The notes under the pieces were generated by a model, which was not told where the DNA came from, made no database searches, and was given only the letters and a program-made list of their open reading frames with translations. From positions 1 to 55,770 of the forward strand of contig CAYPSK010000002.1 in assembly GCA_964413705.1 (NCBI GenBank): a stretch of 55,770 bases of DNA, given 5' to 3'. This stretch comes from Candidatus Woesearchaeota archaeon (GTDB lineage: Archaea > Nanobdellota > Nanobdellia > Pacearchaeales > UBA284). Of this stretch, positions 18,441 to 28,234 are shown in pieces; the stretch's first letter is position 1; the number at the start of each line of letters is the position of its first letter. The position numbers and the translations under genes were made by a program.

Positions 18441-19154
18441 TCAGCCCATATAGTCTAGATTTCTCTGAACTTTCAGGTCCTTGGCCTCATTGACTTTACC
18501 CATCAAATCTTTCAACTTAACTTCCATTTCCTTTGCCTTATTCATCAAAGGGTCAGTATCAAGTTTTAAGTTCAAGTATTTATCCAAAGAATCTACAAGC
18601 TTCGCAGCAGCTTTATTATCAGGCATCTGAGAGTGTGCCTCGACAAACAAGCAGGACAATGGTGTTGAAGCTTTCATCAATAATGCCCCTGTAACCCCCA
18701 TGATTATTCCCTCCTCTAAAGGGAGAATTTTTAATTTATTCATCCTGTCTCCACAGCTTTTTGTCTTTGAAAAGAAGAATACTTTTGGCTCTTTGCTGAC
18801 TATTTGTGAATTAACTCCCTCTAAACCTATAATCTCTTTTATCTTCAATTGTTTTGCAAGTTCATTGACGGTTTCAGCTATTTCCCACTCAAGTCCATCA
18901 ACAGGAGTTACAGCCTGCACAATAACCAAGTTTGTCTTTTTATCATAAAATATTCCTAAAGGATTTATTACTTGGCCTTTATGTATTGCCGCTATAGGCT
19001 GAATCTTGTCAGAACTTATCATGCCAATCTGCTTTGCATTAAGATGTTTAATCAAAAACTCAGTAGCTATCGTTGAGACAAAACCAAACCCCGGGAAGCC
19101 CTCAATCATTATAGGTTTTGTTGTCGGTTTTTCTGTCAACTCGATTTTAAGCAT
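18441..19154 (-). CDS. PAC2-family proteasome assembly chaperone-like protein
   Basis: 237 aa. N-terminal IEGFPGFGFVSTIATEFLIKHL matches the archaeal PAC2 family signature (EGxPGxGxVG..A..yL). Confidence 0.7.
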   Translation of the reverse strand: MLKIELTEKPTTKPIMIEGFPGFGFVSTIATEFLIKHLNAKQIGMISSDKIQPIAAIHKGQVINPLGIFYDKKTNLVIVQAVTPVDGLEWEIAETVNELAKQLKIKEIIGLEGVNSQIVSKEPKVFFFSKTKSCGDRMNKLKILPLEEGIIMGVTGALLMKASTPLSCLFVEAHSQMPDNKAAAKLVDSLDKYLNLKLDTDPLMNKAKEMEVKLKDLMGKVNEAKDLKVQRNLDYMG

Positions 19155-19399
19155 TTTTCACCTTTTTAATATAGAATATATGCGCTCGTCTTTTTAAATC
19201 TTTCTTAAATTCTAACAGAAATTCCAGTTTCTTTTAATTCAAAGCAAAGAAATTGCAGATTCATATAGGCAGTATTTCAAGATTTTATGGAAAGCATCAA
19301 AATAAAGAGCCGAAAGATTTAAATACACATATATATCTAATAGTTATAAGTTGATAATTAAAAGTAATCAATAAGTAAATATCCCAAACCCTACTAAAA

Positions 19400-19672
19400 A
19401 TGAAACAAATATTACAAAAACCTGAACACTGGCCCACATTGAACACAGTAATAATGGTAGAGAAAACTCTAAAGAAAATGAATGAAAGTGTGGTTAAAGT
19501 GTCAGACTTAAAAAGAAAACTTCCAAGGCAGGTTAATCATAATACTCTATTATTAATTCTCAAATATCTTGAACAGAGTAATAAAATCTTAGTAACACTA
19601 AGCGGAATAACCTGGATTCACAATACAAATTCAAATCTGAGAAAAGCCCTCAATAAAGGCCTTGAAATCTAG
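19400..19672 (+). CDS. Hypothetical small protein (possible winged-helix)
   Basis: 90-aa ORF directly upstream of the RelE/ParE-like remnant. No firm motif. Confidence 0.4.
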   Translation: MKQILQKPEHWPTLNTVIMVEKTLKKMNESVVKVSDLKRKLPRQVNHNTLLLILKYLEQSNKILVTLSGITWIHNTNSNLRKALNKGLEI

Positions 19673-19684
19673 AATCTTATTAAA

Positions 19685-19979
19685 ATGAAAACAGTCAAGG
19701 TAATTTTATCGCCAGAAGCTGAAAACGTTTATAAATATCTAAATAGGCCTTATAAAGATAAATCCCCATTTTGGCGAGCCAATCTCCAAAGAAAAAATTC
19801 CAGATGAATACAAGTCAAAATATGGTGTAACTAACTTATTCTGGTTAGACTTGCCTTTGTTTTGGAGGATGCTTTACACTTTAGTTGATGGTGGGACGAA
19901 TATAGAGGTTGTAGCATTTGTCCTGGATATAATGGATCACAAATTATACAATAAAAAATTGGGGTATGCTAAAAAATGA
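19685..19979 (+). pseudogene. Frameshifted RelE/ParE-like toxin remnant
   Basis: Frame 1: MKTVKVILSPEAENVYKYLN... stops at 19805-19807. The +1 frame continues NPHFGEPISKEKIPDEYKSKYGVTNLFWLDLPLFWRMLYTLVDGGTNIEVVAFVLDIMDHKLYNKK to a TGA at 19977-19979. The pattern resembles RelE/ParE-fold toxins (NLW..L...WR.LY....I.V..I..H). Confidence 0.45.
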
Positions 19980-19990
19980 AAGTAACATTT

Positions 19991-19997
19991 TTTAAAT
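19991..19997 (+). promoter_or_regulatory. TATA-like box upstream of argS
   Basis: TTTAAAT, within a T-run, ends 21 nt before the ATG at 20018. No SD is present. Confidence 0.3.
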
Positions 19998-20017
19998 CTC
20001 CCTAACATGGATTATTC

Positions 20018-21706
20018 ATGGATTTTGAGCAAAAAATAAAAGAGGCGATTGGAAAAGTAATGGATGTTAGCACAGGAGACATTTCTCTCCAGAAGCCAAA
20101 AGGAGGAGAAAACTTTGGTGATTATGCTTTTCCCTGTTTCCCTTTTGTGAAGATATATGAAAAAAATCCTGTACAGATAGCAGAAGACCTTAAAAACAAG
20201 CTCGATAAATTAAAGATAAAAGAAATAATAAAAATTGAAGCAATTGGCGGTTATATCAATTTTTTCATAGACAAAGAATCTCTGACTAGGTCATTATTAG
20301 GGAATATAAACAAACCATTTATCCCTAAGGACAAGGAAACAATTTTGGTTGAGAGTCCAGGCCCAAATACAAACAAACCCTTACATGTTGGCCATATAAG
20401 AAATTTGTTTATAGGTGATTCAATAGCAAGAATCTTTGATTTCACAGGAAACAAGGTCAAAATAGTTGATGTTGTCAATGACCGAGGAATTCATATTTGC
20501 AAGTCAATGTTAGCATATCAAAAATGGGGTAAAAATTTAACTCCTGAGAAAGCAAAGAAAAAATCAGACCACTTTGTCGGAGATTTTTATGTTTTGTTCT
20601 CCAAAAAAGCCAGTGAAAAACCTGAATTGGAGAAAGAGGCTCAAGAAATACTGAAAAAATGGGAAGCAGGGGACAAAGAGACTCTAGCTTTGTGGAAAAA
20701 AATGAACTCTTGGGCCCTTGATGGTATGCAAGAAACCTATAAGCTCCTTAATTTTAAGCATGACAAACAATATTTTGAATCTCAAACATATAAAAAAGGC
20801 CGAGAAATTGTTCTTGAAGGTGTCAAGAAAGGCTTATTCAAGAAAAAGGGTGATGGCTCAGTTTCAATAGACCTTGGAGAATTAGGAGAAAAAGTTCTTC
20901 TGAGGGCAGATGGTACAACTGTTTACATAACTCAAGACTTGTATATGATTGAGGCAAGATACAAAGATTATAATTTTGATAAGATGTTTTATGTTGTAGC
21001 CAATGAACAGAACTATCATTTTCAGGTGCTTTTCAAAATTCTAGGGATTCTTGGAAAAAAATGGGCAAAAAATTGTTATCATGTAAGTTATGGCATGGTC
21101 AATCTTCCATCAGGAAAGATAAAATCAAGAGAAGGAACAACAGCTGATGCTGATGACCTTATTCAAGATCTTATAGAAGATGCAAAATCAGAACTGAAAA
21201 AAAGACATAAACTCTCAAAGAAAGAACTTGACTTAAGAGCCCTAGCAATTGCACTAGCAGCTCTTAAGTTTGCTTTGCTTAAAGTCGATATAAAGAAAGA
21301 CATGATATTCAATAAGCAAGAGGCCCTAGATTTCGAAGGTTTTTCAGGGCCATATCTTCAGTATAGTTATGCTCGAGCAAACAGCATCCTTAAAAAGACA
21401 AAGACAAGAGTAAAATCAAATTCATCTTTTAAAGACCTTGAGGAAGCTGAAATATCTCTTGTTAAGAAACTTTCAGAATTCCAAAATATACTTGAGAGAG
21501 CAAAAAAAGAGATTAAACCAGACATTATGGCCCTGTATTCCTATGAGCTCTCAAAGGTCTTTAATAATTTCTATCATAATTGTCCTGTCTCACAAATTAA
21601 AGATGTTGGAATAAAATTAAGAAGAATAGAAATTGTTCAGGCATTTAAGAACATAATTTCTATATGCTTGAACCTTATTGGTATAGAAACCCTTGAGGAA
21701 ATGTAG
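20018..21706 (+). CDS. argS: Arginyl-tRNA synthetase
   Basis: 562 aa. Class I HIGH-type motif PNTNKPLHVGHIRN, an ArgRS-like anticodon-binding C-terminus, and a conserved terminal Met (..ETLEEM). Confidence 0.9.
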   Translation: MDFEQKIKEAIGKVMDVSTGDISLQKPKGGENFGDYAFPCFPFVKIYEKNPVQIAEDLKNKLDKLKIKEIIKIEAIGGYINFFIDKESLTRSLLGNINKPFIPKDKETILVESPGPNTNKPLHVGHIRNLFIGDSIARIFDFTGNKVKIVDVVNDRGIHICKSMLAYQKWGKNLTPEKAKKKSDHFVGDFYVLFSKKASEKPELEKEAQEILKKWEAGDKETLALWKKMNSWALDGMQETYKLLNFKHDKQYFESQTYKKGREIVLEGVKKGLFKKKGDGSVSIDLGELGEKVLLRADGTTVYITQDLYMIEARYKDYNFDKMFYVVANEQNYHFQVLFKILGILGKKWAKNCYHVSYGMVNLPSGKIKSREGTTADADDLIQDLIEDAKSELKKRHKLSKKELDLRALAIALAALKFALLKVDIKKDMIFNKQEALDFEGFSGPYLQYSYARANSILKKTKTRVKSNSSFKDLEEAEISLVKKLSEFQNILERAKKEIKPDIMALYSYELSKVFNNFYHNCPVSQIKDVGIKLRRIEIVQAFKNIISICLNLIGIETLEEM

Positions 21707-22148
21707 ATCCAACAGGTCTTGATCTTACAACAGGGCATGATTCAATCATAGAGTCAATCACTGCCAAAATCTGGGTTTCATCAAAAACTCTTTTTCCTGC
21801 GTCATCTTTTAAAATCATAAGCCACGTTTTATACAATGGGGCCTCTCTTTCCTCAGGAGGAACTTGATCTGCAATAACAATCCGGGGAATATTCCTATAC
21901 CTTCTATCTCTAAAAGTAGTGTTGCAGAAAGCAATAGGCGACATTCCTCTCAAAGAATTTGCCCATACAACCATTAAATCATAATCTGCTTTTGGTAATT
22001 GGTTCAAAGCATCATCACAATCTTTTGTTGTATCAAGAGAGTATGTTCTTCTTAATTGTTCAGCTAGGGGGTCTGTTTCACTTGGATTATCTGATATTAA
22101 AAGAATTCTAGATCTAGTCTCAAGGTTTGTCATTTTATTAATTACCAA
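21675..22148 (-). CDS. CheY-like receiver-fold protein, apparently lacking the phospho-acceptor Asp
   Basis: 157 aa. RILLISDN (beta1) and YDLMVVW..LRGMSP (beta3 region) align to the receiver pattern PDLxxxD.xMPxMxG, with Trp where the acceptor Asp is expected. The 3' end overlaps argS by 32 nt. Confidence 0.4.
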   Translation of the reverse strand: MVINKMTNLETRSRILLISDNPSETDPLAEQLRRTYSLDTTKDCDDALNQLPKADYDLMVVWANSLRGMSPIAFCNTTFRDRRYRNIPRIVIADQVPPEEREAPLYKTWLMILKDDAGKRVFDETQILAVIDSMIESCPVVRSRPVGSTFPQGFLYQ

Positions 22149-22193
22149 TCGTATTTAAAAAGATTTATATGTTAAAAATCACACATCTAAAAA

Positions 22194-23576
22194 ATGACAA
22201 ACAACAACCTTATTTACATTGAAACCTATGGGTGCTCAGCTAATCAGAATAATACTGAGATTATGAAAGGCTTGCTTCTAAGTCATGGTTTTAATGTAGT
22301 TGAAACAGAGGCTCTTGCAGACATAATAATCTTAAATACCTGTGTTGTTAAAGAGCCGACAATCAAAAAAATAGAAGATAGAATAAAAAATATTGTAGAA
22401 AAAAATAAAAAACTCATCATAACAGGTTGTATGCCCGAAGTTCTAGAGAAAAAATTGACAAGGCTCTGCCCAAGAGCCTCGATAGTCGGAATAAATCATA
22501 TAAAAGAGATCTCAAACATAGTCAAGAAGTTGATTGAAGGCGAACAAGTCAAGATTCTTGAAAAAAGTAATGAAATCAAGCTTTGCACACCAAAGACAAG
22601 GCTAAAGAATGTGGTTGGAATAACCCAAATCGCTCAAGGCTGTCTTGGTTCATGCGCATACTGTTATACGCGGCTTGCAAAAGGCTCTCTTTTTTCATAT
22701 CCTGAAGACAAAATTCTAAAGAACATCGAGCAAGACATAGCTGCAGGATGCAAAGAGATTTGGCTTACAAGTCAAGACAATGCTTCCTATGGTCTTGATT
22801 TTAAAGATAGAGCAGAGTTATCTGATAAAAATAGGGGTTTTGTAACGTTGTGCACAGCACCAAAACCAGAAAAAAAAAGATTAGCACATACTCCAAAATC
22901 TCAGCTTCCTAGACTTATCAATTCCATAACTTCCCTTCCCCACAGATTCTTTCTTAGAATAGGGATGATGAATCCTAAAAATGTCCTTTCCCTCCTTGAT
23001 GAGCTGATGGAATCTTATAAAGATGAAAAAGTATTTAAATTTCTTCACATCTCGCTTCAATCTGGCTCAGATAAAATTCTCAAAGCAATGAATCGAAATT
23101 ACAAAGTCCAGGATTTTTTAGATATAATAAACAGGTTCACAGAAGCATTTCCAAATATCACAATAAGTACAGATATAATTGTTGGTTTTCCTGGAGAAAC
23201 AGAAGAAGATTTTCAAGACACCCTAGATATAATAAAAAAAATAAAGCCCGATGTCCTGAATATCTCGAGATTCTGGGCCATGGAAAAAACTGAAGCAAAG
23301 AAAATGCCAAATCAAATATCTCCAGAGATTAAGAGAAAAAGAGCAACAGAACTTATGAAATTGCACGCTAAAATAGCTCTTGAAAATAAAAAGCTCCTAA
23401 TTGGCCAACACTGCAAGGTTCTTGTCGATTCCAAGGGATTTCAAGATACGTGGATCGCAAGAGATGATTCATACAAGATGATTATCATAATTTCAAAAGA
23501 AAATCTGGCAGGTAAGTTCTTGAAGGTCTTGGTAAAGGAGGCAAAGCCCCACTATCTGATTGGCGAGCTAGTCTAG
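22194..23576 (+). CDS. Radical-SAM methylthiotransferase, MiaB/MtaB (CDKAL1-like) family
   Basis: 460 aa. N-terminal UPF0004 domain (YIETYGCSANQ), radical SAM CLGSCAYC (CxxxCxxC), C-terminal TRAM-like region. Carries a ~40 aa insertion (DKNRGFVTLCTAPKPEKKRLAHTPKSQ). Confidence 0.85.
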   Translation: MTNNNLIYIETYGCSANQNNTEIMKGLLLSHGFNVVETEALADIIILNTCVVKEPTIKKIEDRIKNIVEKNKKLIITGCMPEVLEKKLTRLCPRASIVGINHIKEISNIVKKLIEGEQVKILEKSNEIKLCTPKTRLKNVVGITQIAQGCLGSCAYCYTRLAKGSLFSYPEDKILKNIEQDIAAGCKEIWLTSQDNASYGLDFKDRAELSDKNRGFVTLCTAPKPEKKRLAHTPKSQLPRLINSITSLPHRFFLRIGMMNPKNVLSLLDELMESYKDEKVFKFLHISLQSGSDKILKAMNRNYKVQDFLDIINRFTEAFPNITISTDIIVGFPGETEEDFQDTLDIIKKIKPDVLNISRFWAMEKTEAKKMPNQISPEIKRKRATELMKLHAKIALENKKLLIGQHCKVLVDSKGFQDTWIARDDSYKMIIIISKENLAGKFLKVLVKEAKPHYLIGELV

Positions 23577-23922
23577 ATTCTTTTAATATGTTTCTTTCAG
23601 TGGTAGCATTATAAAATTCAATTATATTTTGTGTTTCTAGAATATCCCAAAGGCATCGGGGGTTATAGTAATGAATCTCCCTACTTACATAAATATGACA
23701 TCTTGATTTAGACCCTCTTCTTAATCTAAATGGCATCATTTTTTCTTCCCAAGGGCACTCCCTTATAATCCTCTTTCTTCTTTCTCTACAGTACTCTTTT
23801 TTAGCCCTTCTTATACTATCCTCTCCATCAGAACGAGCAAAGGGGCTCACACCACGCTTCTTTGATTCTTCATACTGCCTTCTAATCATCTGCATATAAG
23901 CGGAATTTGTATCTGTCATCAT
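23485..23922 (-). CDS. Hypothetical Arg-rich protein
   Basis: 145-aa ORF occupying an otherwise empty 415-bp gap. Its 3' end runs ~90 nt antisense into the methylthiotransferase gene. No motif recognised. Confidence 0.3.
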   Translation of the reverse strand: MMTDTNSAYMQMIRRQYEESKKRGVSPFARSDGEDSIRRAKKEYCRERRKRIIRECPWEEKMMPFRLRRGSKSRCHIYVSREIHYYNPRCLWDILETQNIIEFYNATTERNILKESRLARQSDSGALPPLPRPSRTYLPDFLLKL

Positions 23923-23992
23923 TTTAGTGATATCATGGGGTTTAAAAAACTTTCAATCAATAATTTCTTAAACCTCCAAAACAGATAATTTT

Positions 23993-24253
23993 ATGAGTAT
24001 CAAGAAAGAAAAAGAACAAAAACCAAAGAAACCAAAATATGTAAGGATATGCCCTAAATGCGGTTCTTTAGATGTAGAAATACTGAATATCACAAAACAA
24101 TATACTTTTGCTTTCGGTCTACCAACAGCATACAAATGCCGTTCATGCGGTTTCTCAAGTTACATCTTTCCTGAAATAGATTCAAACAAGATTCAAGATA
24201 TTGATAAAGTATCTAATAAAGATAATCCTGACAAAGCGCGTGATACCAAATAA
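23993..24253 (+). CDS. Small Zn-ribbon protein, paralogous to the LeuRS N-terminal extension
   Basis: 86 aa. ICPKCGS...YKCRSCGFSSYIFPEIDSNKIQDI aligns with FCPRCGS...IQCQNCKFTGSLFPEVSLKNLKQV at the N-terminus of 36588..39293. Confidence 0.55.
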   Translation: MSIKKEKEQKPKKPKYVRICPKCGSLDVEILNITKQYTFAFGLPTAYKCRSCGFSSYIFPEIDSNKIQDIDKVSNKDNPDKARDTK

Positions 24254-24260
24254 AGCGCGC
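24236..24260. repeat. Paired GCGCGY element overlapping a stop codon
   Basis: gcgcgt-gataccaaataaa-gcgcgc, hexamers 19 bp apart. Spans the last codons and the stop of 23993..24253. Confidence 0.35.
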
Positions 24261-24310
24261 CTAAATTAAAAATTAAACACCTACAGATTAAATAATCACA
24301 TAACTTAAAA

Positions 24311-25255
24311 ATGTACGAGATTAAACCCGCATTTCAGGAGTATCTGAATAAACTCTTGCCAGATTCTGAAGACATGAAAGCCTTTTTAGAATCATGCAAA
24401 AAACCAACAAGAGTCATAATCAGATGCAATACTCTAAAGATTTCACCTGAGAATTTAAAAAAAAGACTTGAAGATAAGGGTTGGAAAATATCTCAAGTAA
24501 AAAACTTTCCTGAAGCTATGGTCATTGAATCAAGACTTAGGCCTGGAGAACTTGGAAGATCTATTGAACATCAGACAGGCCTATACTATGTTCAAGAACT
24601 TTCATCAATGATGTCTGCGCTAGCTCTTGATCCTAAAGAGCATGAATCAGTTCTAGATTTATGTGCTTCTCCTGGTTCAAAAACAACTCAAATATCTATG
24701 ATGATGAAAAATACAGGCTTTTTACTTGCAAATGATGTCAAGATAGACAGAATAAGGATCCTAAATTCTAATCTTGAAAGATGTGGTTGTATGAATGTAA
24801 TAATTTCAAGGATGGATGGAGTAAGGTTATGTGAATCACTAGCTTCAAGAAAAATCTTTTTTGATAAGATCCTTGTCGATGCTCCTTGTTCTGGAGAGGG
24901 CATAATAAGAAGTGATCCAAAAGTATGGACAATGTATAATCCAGATATGATTCGTGGAATAGCTGCCTTGCAAAAAAAACTTATTGCAAGTGCTTTAAAA
25001 TGCCTAAAGCCTCACGGCATCCTAGTGTATTCAACCTGCACATTTGAACCAGAAGAAGATGAAAAAGTCATTCAATTTGCTCTAGAAAAGTTAAATGTCA
25101 AAATTGAAGAATTTTATCTTCCTTTGAAAACAAGACAAGGTTTAAAAACTTGGAAAGATAAAGAATTTTTTCCAGATATAAATAAATGCAAGCGAGTTTT
25201 TCCACAAGACAATGATACAGAGGGTTTTTTTGTGGCGAAACTAAGAAAATTATAA
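24311..25255 (+). CDS. NOL1/NOP2/Sun-family RNA cytosine-C5 methyltransferase
   Basis: 314 aa. SAM motif DLCASPGSKTT, catalytic DAPCSGEG and YSTCT motifs. Confidence 0.85.
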   Translation: MYEIKPAFQEYLNKLLPDSEDMKAFLESCKKPTRVIIRCNTLKISPENLKKRLEDKGWKISQVKNFPEAMVIESRLRPGELGRSIEHQTGLYYVQELSSMMSALALDPKEHESVLDLCASPGSKTTQISMMMKNTGFLLANDVKIDRIRILNSNLERCGCMNVIISRMDGVRLCESLASRKIFFDKILVDAPCSGEGIIRSDPKVWTMYNPDMIRGIAALQKKLIASALKCLKPHGILVYSTCTFEPEEDEKVIQFALEKLNVKIEEFYLPLKTRQGLKTWKDKEFFPDINKCKRVFPQDNDTEGFFVAKLRKL

Positions 25256-25282
25256 ACAAGAAAAAATAAATATAAAAATAAA

Positions 25283-25609
25283 ATGGAAAAAGAAGAATTG
25301 AATATGTGGGGATGTCCACTTCCGAGTGAAGCAAGATATGAATTAAGGTTGTATGAAAATGGCAAACCTAGTGTTTTGCAATCTTTTGACGCAGCTGACC
25401 TATATGCCTCAGCAGGATTATTTTTATCTTTATTAGATGGTTCACACCTTTGTCACGAAAGAATGTGCATAGTAAGGGTCAAGTATTCTGGCAGAACAAA
25501 AAGAGCAGAAAAGACTGTGGCAGATGTTAAATTTGATAGAAGAACAAGAACAGGCGAAGCAGGCAGGGCTGTTTTTTACTATCCTTTACACTGGCTTAAT
25601 TTAACATGA
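25283..25609 (+). CDS. Hypothetical protein (orphan, Arg/Ala-enriched)
   Basis: 108-aa ORF. Its stop overlaps the next start (ATGA at 25606). No motif recognised. Confidence 0.35.
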   Translation: MEKEELNMWGCPLPSEARYELRLYENGKPSVLQSFDAADLYASAGLFLSLLDGSHLCHERMCIVRVKYSGRTKRAEKTVADVKFDRRTRTGEAGRAVFYYPLHWLNLT

Positions 25610-26106
25610 AAATCGAAATACTTTCAAAAAAAGAAAAAGAAGAAATTGATGATTTTCTTAATGAAACCTACGGAATAAATCTTCCAAGATGCCAAATAAT
25701 TCAGAGTTCAAGGGAGAGATTAAGGATTTTTTCAGGTGATTTGTCAGAGCGTGAGCTCATGATTCTTATCAATACAATAAGGGTAGAGACAACTGGACTA
25801 TATCTCGCTTTTGTAAAGAAAACTGATAAAGAAAATGAGAAAAATCAAGATTTCAGATTAAGTTTTGATTCATCAGTCATATTGAAAAATGCGACAAAGA
25901 ACATTATTGATTTAGATGAAGAACAGATGAAAATCTGGATTTCAGGTCAAGACATGGACATAAATGAGAAAATAGCAAAAGACCCAAAATTAACTTATCC
26001 CTTTATTCTTCTGAAATATAAAAACGAGATAATCGGTTGCGGCAAACTCGCCCAAGATAAAATCTTGAACTTTGTTCCAAAAGAAAGAAGAATAAAAAAA
26101 TTCTAA
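25606..26106 (+). CDS. Putative PUA/NIP7-like RNA-binding protein
   Basis: 166 aa. The C-terminal segment (ILLKYKNEIIGCGKLAQDKILNFVPKERR) resembles PUA-domain proteins. Sits next to an RNA methyltransferase. Weak assignment. Confidence 0.4.
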   Translation: MKIEILSKKEKEEIDDFLNETYGINLPRCQIIQSSRERLRIFSGDLSERELMILINTIRVETTGLYLAFVKKTDKENEKNQDFRLSFDSSVILKNATKNIIDLDEEQMKIWISGQDMDINEKIAKDPKLTYPFILLKYKNEIIGCGKLAQDKILNFVPKERRIKKF

Positions 26107-26132
26107 ATTTTTTTAAGTTCAATTTTTGAGCA

Positions 26133-26162
26133 TGCAGAAAAAGAACAATCTTCTTTTTCTAG
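26133..26162 (+). terminator. Perfect 10-bp hairpin downstream of 25606..26106
   Basis: AGAAAAAGAA (26135-26144), loop CAATC, TTCTTTTTCT (26150-26159), flanked by GC/GC with one bulge. The 3' arm is T-rich. Begins ~27 nt after the stop codon. Confidence 0.4.
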
Positions 26163-26206
26163 CATAATTTTATAAATAGGTATAAGCATTTTATAATATC
26201 TTAAAG

Positions 26207-27097
26207 ATGAAACTAGAAGAACTAGACAAATGGAGAAAAGCAGGAAACATAGGTTCAGAAGCTTTAGCTTATGCAAAATCAATTACAAAGCCTGGAATTA
26301 AACTTCTTGAAATTGCAGAGAAAGTCGAGGCATTTGTCGAGACAAAAGGGGCTAAATTCGCTTTTCCAATCAATCTCTCAATGAATGAAATCGCTGCCCA
26401 TAGCTCTCCTCTATCTAATGATGAAGAAACAGCCCAGGGATTATTAAAAATTGATTTAGGAATCTCAGTTGATGGATATATCTCAGACTTGGCTTGTTCA
26501 ATTGATTTGACAGAGAACAAAGAGCATAAAAAACTCATTGAAGCAAGCCAAAAAGCTCTTGACGAAGCACTAAGAATAATTAAGCCCGGCATTGAAATTC
26601 GTGAAATAGGCAAGGTTATTCAAAAAACAATTTCAAGTTATGGGTATGCGCCAATTGTAAATCTTTCAGGCCACGAACTTAAACAATATCTTCTACATGC
26701 TGGCCTCACAATTCCTAATTATGACAACCAATCAGACATAAAACTAAAAGAAGGCCAGATTCTTGCTATAGAACCATTTGCAACAACAGGCCAGGGCATG
26801 GTCCAAGATGGCAAGCCTTCTGGCATCTATAAATTTGAGGTCAAGCACCTTGTTAGAGATAATGATTCAAGAAAAATTCTTGATTTCATAGAGCAAGAAT
26901 ACAAAGAGCTGCCTTTTACATCAAGATGGCTTGTAAAAAAATTCAGCACCAAGGCTTTGTTTGCTCTTCGTCTTCTAGAGAAAGCCAATGCATTGCATCA
27001 TTTCATGCAGCTTATTGAGAAAACAAAGATGCCTGTTTCACAAGCAGAAGCAACAGTACTTGTGACAAAAGATGGCCATGAGATTCTAGCGAAATAA
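26207..27097 (+). CDS. map: Methionine aminopeptidase, type 2 (archaeal/eukaryotic type)
   Basis: 296 aa. Metal-ligand context AAHSSP, DLGISVDGYISD, SGHEL, LAIEPFATTG and EATVLV is typical of archaeal MetAP2. Confidence 0.9.
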   Translation: MKLEELDKWRKAGNIGSEALAYAKSITKPGIKLLEIAEKVEAFVETKGAKFAFPINLSMNEIAAHSSPLSNDEETAQGLLKIDLGISVDGYISDLACSIDLTENKEHKKLIEASQKALDEALRIIKPGIEIREIGKVIQKTISSYGYAPIVNLSGHELKQYLLHAGLTIPNYDNQSDIKLKEGQILAIEPFATTGQGMVQDGKPSGIYKFEVKHLVRDNDSRKILDFIEQEYKELPFTSRWLVKKFSTKALFALRLLEKANALHHFMQLIEKTKMPVSQAEATVLVTKDGHEILAK

Positions 27098-27116
27098 AAT
27101 TTCTTCCCTTAATAAG

Positions 27117-27130
27117 CCAGAATATTCTGG
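27117..27130. terminator. 14-bp perfect palindrome between convergent genes
   Basis: CCAGAATATTCTGG lies between the stop of map (27097) and the stop of sppA (27164). Confidence 0.3.
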
Positions 27131-27163
27131 TATTTAAAAAGATTGCGAAAAAAGACCTATCTT

Positions 27164-28117
27164 TTAAGATTTAATACTCAAGACATTCTGACTCTCAACC
27201 AAGGCAGTTCCAATACCTTTTCCTATCCAAAAAGATATTTGGGATTGAACTCCAGAAAGTTGTATGAGAAGAGCATTTCTATTGCTGTACTCCCTTATCT
27301 TAACCTTGGTTTTAAGTTCTTGCTCAAGATATGCTACTGCATCTTCTTTTATGCCAAGCTGGTCTATCAGCCCTATGTCTTTAGCCTCAGTACCAAGATA
27401 GAATATACCTGTTGAAATCTCTTTTATTGTATCAGCAGAAAGATTTCTGTTCTGAGCGACTTGGTTAAGGAATAAATTATGAATTAAGTCTATTTTGTTC
27501 TGAAGAATATTTCTTTCTTCACCCCCAAGTTCTCGATACGGATTCATTGTATCTTTGTATATTCCTCCGTTAAGCTGTTCATAGGTTATATTGAATCTTT
27601 CCAATAGTCCAGAGAATTCAAGATATGAAGCTAAAACACCTACTGAACCAGTTATAGATAGGGGATGAGCAATTACATAATCACAAGAACTCGCAATCCA
27701 GTAAGCTCCAGAAGCACCTGACTCCCTTATCAAGGCAAGTGTTTTCTTTCCAGAGACTCTTGCTTTGTAGACAGCATAAGCAATTTCTGAAGAACCGACT
27801 GCTGAACCTCCGGGTGAGTTTATTTCAAAGATAATTGCTTTGATTTTAGGATTTTTTGTGATTTCTTCAATTTGTTTTGAGATATCGTCTGAAAAAACAT
27901 ATCCTGGCTGATATCCGCCAGAGGATCCAGAAAGAATCTGCCCGTCAATATGAACAAGAGCTACATTTGCTCCAGCCATGTTTGGCTTCTGGCTTATCAA
28001 GATGACTGTTGTCAAAAAGAATATTACTAACAACACAGATAAAACAGCTATTGTGGCCTTTGTTTTTCGATTTTTATCTTGACCCTTATCTAAATTTCTT
28101 AATTGTTTTTTATTCAT
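27164..28117 (-). CDS. sppA: Signal peptide peptidase SppA (S49 family), membrane anchored
   Basis: 317 aa. N-terminal TM (ATIAVLSVLLVIFFLTTVILI), INSPGGSAVGS and SGASGAYWIA motifs. Confidence 0.85.
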   Translation of the reverse strand: MNKKQLRNLDKGQDKNRKTKATIAVLSVLLVIFFLTTVILISQKPNMAGANVALVHIDGQILSGSSGGYQPGYVFSDDISKQIEEITKNPKIKAIIFEINSPGGSAVGSSEIAYAVYKARVSGKKTLALIRESGASGAYWIASSCDYVIAHPLSITGSVGVLASYLEFSGLLERFNITYEQLNGGIYKDTMNPYRELGGEERNILQNKIDLIHNLFLNQVAQNRNLSADTIKEISTGIFYLGTEAKDIGLIDQLGIKEDAVAYLEQELKTKVKIREYSNRNALLIQLSGVQSQISFWIGKGIGTALVESQNVLSIKS

Positions 28118-28234
28118 CTTCCCTCTTTTTATGATAACTATAATTCATTAGGGTTTTTAAAGTTTTTAGTGACACTAGATTACAATAAAACTTAAAAGGA
28201 AAGAGAATTAAGAGATGATTAGGAAAATTCAAAA

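Noticed and set aside
25098-25365. Two overlapping minus-strand ORFs (78 and 83 aa) at the NSUN methyltransferase 3' end.
   Set aside because: Both are Phe/Leu/Tyr-rich antisense or low-complexity translations of an A-rich intergenic stretch and overlap the + strand genes on both sides.
27143-27415. 90-aa + strand ORF overlapping the 3' part of sppA.
   Set aside because: It lies antisense to a gene with clear S49 peptidase motifs, and no motif of its own was found.
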